Origin: a virus
Strand: one strand, 5' to 3'
Length of the DNA: 39,611 bases
UHGV virus genome: UHGV-0179848
The position numbers were made by a program, and so were the translations under genes. The notes under the pieces were generated by a model. That model worked only from the letters and a program-made list of their open reading frames with translations, was not told the origin of the DNA and did not search any database. This document shows positions 36,470-39,611 of this stretch, piece after piece (the stretch's first letter is position 1; the number at the start of each line of letters is the position of its first letter).

Positions 36470-38560
36470 TCAGGCCAGCGGATCATTTTCTTTTAATTTC
36501 GCTTCGAGCAGTTGCAAACCCCGCTGGAAATTACGCTCGTATTCTTCGTCAGGTTCATCGTCAGCGACTGGTTGCTGAACGGTCACCGTATTACCCACAG
36601 GGCGGTATATGTTTTCCAGCCATGGCTCCTGCGGCTTGTGCTCCAGCACGTTGACAACCTCATCCTCGGCATCACGGATTTTTTCCTCTGCGCGTTTACG
36701 CATACCTTTAAGGCGCTGCTGCTGTTTGTAGTATTCCGCGCTGACAGGGAAGGCTTCGCGTTTATTGCCGTCCCATACCGCCTCGCAAATCACGCTGCCA
36801 TCCGGGCGGCGTACGGTAATTCGTTCGGCATCATGAATGTCATAGCTGATAAGCACTTTGCGGCCATGTTCATCACGCAGCTCGGGCGCGTAGTAAATAT
36901 TATTCAGCCAGCGTATTTCACAGCGTCTTACAGGGCGTTCCACCATCGGCCGGAACATGTCCCGCAATTCCACATCGGACAGCCATTCAATTTCCGTGTC
37001 CTCTTCCGCCAGGCGTTTTTTTCTGAACTCCGCCGGGCTGTAATGTTTACCGTTCGGCTTTATGGGTAATTCATCGTGCGGCCGGTTGTTGTACCACTCA
37101 ACGCCGTCACGAATGGCATCAATCAGTTCAGACCAGGACGGTAAATCACGCATCGCTGACTGCTGCCGGGCGTTCAGCCGCTTGCCCTGTTGCAGGGCAC
37201 TGAATGCCGAGCGTAAATCGCGGTTGGTTTTACGTAACGTCTCGCGATCTGCACCTTTCCCGAAATAGGTGCGGTATTTACGGGCTATGCGCATCGGTAA
37301 TGTGCGGTTAAGCCGTTCGATAATGCCCCGTCCCTGCGGATTACCGGCAATCCCGGTCGGGTGATTAATCCCCAGTCGCGGTAGTATCCCCACAACCTCC
37401 TTATCCAGGATGTCGGCCGTTTCCCCCGAGCCATTATCCGAGTAATACAGAAACGGTTTGCCGTGATGGCGAATGCCGTGCTGTATGGCACCGGCTACGG
37501 CGAAAACATTTTCAGCCAGGTCAAGGCTCCAGCCCACCACAAAGCGCGTGCCACCGTCGATAACAAAGGTCACTTCCGGTGCAAATGGTCGCCCGTGAAC
37601 CGGGTGCGCACATTTCAGCTTCATGCCGTGACCGTCACCAATCCAGACATAATTCACCGGCATTCTGGACCAGTCGCGGCGCGTGAATCCCTCAAGCTGG
37701 CGGTATTCACTGCCGGTCACCCGGCCTTTTTGTTTCACCACTTCCGGCAGTTTCTTCATCGCGCGGCGAATGGTGTCATAAGAGGGCATGATATCGAGCA
37801 TATAAGGCTCATCAGCGTGCCGGTGCTGCCATTCGGCGACAAAATCCTCGTAAGCCTCGGTCATTGGTCGGCCGTTTGACTGGCGATACTGCGCCAGAAA
37901 CTCGGGCAACCAGCTAATATCTTCGGCTTTTATTTCCTGACGTTTACCCGGTGCCAGTAAAAGTAGGCGTTCAGCGGCGTTCTGCGCCTTGTTAAAGGCC
38001 GCAATCCAGCGTTTCAGCGTGATTTCACTCAACGCGCGGCTGTTTCCCTTTTTGGCGTTCGCCGTTTCAACCATTGCCACAATGCGTTCGTCCAGTTGCG
38101 AGCGTGACAGACGGTCAACAATAAACCGGATAGCTTTAGCGCAGCTGAAACCGGGTTGTTGCGCGAATTTAAGCACCTCGCTGACAATCGCAATTCGTGC
38201 ATCGGCCACCTGGCGCTGTTTTTCAGTCAGTGCATTGATACGTTCGACCATCAGTTGGGGTGATCCGCGATATGCCTCCACCGCATCAACCACGGCAGGT
38301 GAGCGTCTGGCCTTTGTCACCACCGGAACCGGTGACTCATCGGCTTTTTGCGCCATCAGTTGCAGGGCGTAGCGTTCACGTAATGCCTGCTGCGTCACTT
38401 CAGGTAAACAGTCGATGCTGTATTCAGTTGCTTTAGATCCTGAGCGACGACGGGAACAACAGCTTTTCCCTTGTGCGTAACGTTGTAATGCCTGGCGAAT
38501 ACCTTTTGTAGTTGCAGGCATTCCGGGCGCACCAATCAGTTCTTTTGCAATGAAATACAT
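36470..38560 (-). CDS. A: MuA-like DDE transposase
   Basis: 696 aa; N-terminal DNA-binding domain resembling MuA domain I (KELIGAPGMPATTKGI versus Mu KECANLPGLPKTSAGV); size and position as Mu A. Confidence 0.95.
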   Translation of the reverse strand: MYFIAKELIGAPGMPATTKGIRQALQRYAQGKSCCSRRRSGSKATEYSIDCLPEVTQQALRERYALQLMAQKADESPVPVVTKARRSPAVVDAVEAYRGSPQLMVERINALTEKQRQVADARIAIVSEVLKFAQQPGFSCAKAIRFIVDRLSRSQLDERIVAMVETANAKKGNSRALSEITLKRWIAAFNKAQNAAERLLLLAPGKRQEIKAEDISWLPEFLAQYRQSNGRPMTEAYEDFVAEWQHRHADEPYMLDIMPSYDTIRRAMKKLPEVVKQKGRVTGSEYRQLEGFTRRDWSRMPVNYVWIGDGHGMKLKCAHPVHGRPFAPEVTFVIDGGTRFVVGWSLDLAENVFAVAGAIQHGIRHHGKPFLYYSDNGSGETADILDKEVVGILPRLGINHPTGIAGNPQGRGIIERLNRTLPMRIARKYRTYFGKGADRETLRKTNRDLRSAFSALQQGKRLNARQQSAMRDLPSWSELIDAIRDGVEWYNNRPHDELPIKPNGKHYSPAEFRKKRLAEEDTEIEWLSDVELRDMFRPMVERPVRRCEIRWLNNIYYAPELRDEHGRKVLISYDIHDAERITVRRPDGSVICEAVWDGNKREAFPVSAEYYKQQQRLKGMRKRAEEKIRDAEDEVVNVLEHKPQEPWLENIYRPVGNTVTVQQPVADDEPDEEYERNFQRGLQLLEAKLKENDPLA

Positions 38561-38561
38561 A

Positions 38562-38810
38562 TCATGACGCCTTTCTCATATAGCTCTTAACCTGGTATCT
38601 GCTGGGCCAGATTTCTTCAGGTGACACACCAAGAGCATCAGCAATTATTTGTTGATATGGGCGGCAAGGGGTGCGTAATACGCTTTTCAGCGAATCCCTG
38701 CTGTAACCAGCCTTTAAAGATAAAGAGCGCAGTGATAAGCCAGCCATGTGCAGGCGCGCCTTGATGATTTCTGGCGGCCAATCGTGATCTGAAACTTCTC
38801 TTCTACTCAT
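38562..38810 (-). CDS. ner: Ner-like DNA-binding regulator (Nlp/Ner family)
   Basis: KARLHMAGLSLRSLSLKAGYSRDSLKSVL...QQIIADALGVSPEEIWPSRY parallels Mu Ner. Confidence 0.85.
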   Translation of the reverse strand: MSRREVSDHDWPPEIIKARLHMAGLSLRSLSLKAGYSRDSLKSVLRTPCRPYQQIIADALGVSPEEIWPSRYQVKSYMRKAS

Positions 38811-38976
38811 ACTTCCTCTATTCTAAAAAGTTACCCGCACGGATATTCGGACGGATATCTGTACGGGTAAACGATAGAACAAGAAAAGAACCAAATCAAG
38901 GTATTTTGTTCTTTTTGTTCTTTATATTGTTTTCATCAATAAAATCAATTAGATAAGCGCGAAGGAACCTAAAGGC
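38811..38976. promoter_or_regulatory. Divergent early/repressor promoter-operator region
   Basis: 166-bp AT-rich gap between divergent repressor and ner starts; palindrome TTACCCGCAC...GTACGGGTAA (38821-38860) with internal CGGATAT direct repeat; inverted pair AGAACAAGAAAAGAAC / GTTCTTTTTGTTCT (38875-38911). Confidence 0.6.
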
Positions 38977-39561
38977 ATGAACATGAAAAAAAGTTCTTTT
39001 CTTGACGAAGGAAAAGAACCAGTAATCGAGCGAATATTTCGCCTTGCAGAGCGTTACAAATCGAGAAGTGAGGCGGCTAGGGCCTGGGGAATCAATATTC
39101 AGACATTGCAGAACTATTACAAAAGGAGAAACAATCAGCCACCACCACAGCCAAGAAAGCACCATCTCCAGAACATTGCTGAAAAAGAACATGTATCAAT
39201 GGAGTGGCTAATCTATGGTTATAATAATGAGTCAATCACAAAAAAAGAACTATTAGAACAAATAGAAAGAACAAAAAAACAAGATGTAAATGATGGTGAC
39301 TCCATCATCATGAGGGCGTGGGACTCGCTAACTTCATCTGAACAAGAGATTTTGTCCAATTTATTGATCAGAAAAGGGGCCGAGTTACTAACCATTTTAC
39401 TTGATACTGATATTCAAAAGCTGCACTCATTGAGTGGGGTCAAAAGAGCATTGGCATTGAGTCTGCAAGAGTTACCCGATGATACTGTAAGAGAGATTTA
39501 TGAAGAATGTGAGGCTAAGGTTAATCATTTAAATGTAACCCAGAAAAAGGCCGGTGCGTAA
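38977..39561 (+). CDS. Prophage repressor, CI-type HTH domain (Mu c-equivalent position)
   Basis: Divergent from ner-A-B; N-terminal IERIFRLAERYKSRSEAARAWGINIQTLQNYYKRRNN...SMEWLIYG resembles phage CI-repressor HTH domains. Confidence 0.7.
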   Translation: MNMKKSSFLDEGKEPVIERIFRLAERYKSRSEAARAWGINIQTLQNYYKRRNNQPPPQPRKHHLQNIAEKEHVSMEWLIYGYNNESITKKELLEQIERTKKQDVNDGDSIIMRAWDSLTSSEQEILSNLLIRKGAELLTILLDTDIQKLHSLSGVKRALALSLQELPDDTVREIYEECEAKVNHLNVTQKKAGA

Positions 39562-39611
39562 GGGAGTAGTGCAAATTTTGTGCTGTGGCACACTCCTTTC
39601 AATACGGACTG

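Larger units (their letters stand above)
404..39611 (-). mobile_element. Mu-like transposable prophage, inverted relative to Mu convention (right end near 404, left end beyond window end)
   Basis: Gene order c | ner-A-B-early-gam-gemA-mor-lys-terminase-portal-head-tail-S-U-gin-com-mom matches Mu read from high to low coordinate; MuA-like DDE transposase and MuB-like ATPase present. Confidence 0.9.

Noticed and set aside
39562-39611. Possible hairpin or left-end transposase-binding repeats after the repressor gene
   Set aside because: Only a weak imperfect inverted repeat; no copies of the TTTGATAC right-end motif; the true left terminus is probably several hundred bp beyond the window

Overview
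Almost the whole window (about 404 to the end) is one Mu-like transposable prophage in inverted orientation, inserted into the host zraS sensor-kinase gene (5' fragment at 50-406). All protein calls are by-eye comparison with remembered Mu-family sequences; no search was run. Reading from the right end: attR-like terminal repeats, mom and com with an upstream GATC cluster, a ~3.5 kb non-Mu cargo block (693-aa SGNH/SASA-type esterase with lectin-like C-terminus plus small genes), gin invertase, a ~1.45 kb gix-flanked invertible tail-fibre segment, then Mu-syntenic tail, head, terminase and lysis genes, one Mor/C-family activator, an opposite-strand moron flanked by a duplicated terminator hairpin, the early region (GemA-like, Gam, B, A, Ner) and a divergent CI-type repressor. 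The prophage left terminus lies beyond the window. Most worth follow-up: the esterase-lectin cargo between gin and com/mom, a 1-nt frame offset that makes the alternative fibre cassette unreadable after inversion, the moron between gemA and mor, and the unannotated early-region proteins. No rRNA, tRNA, CRISPR array or IS element was seen.
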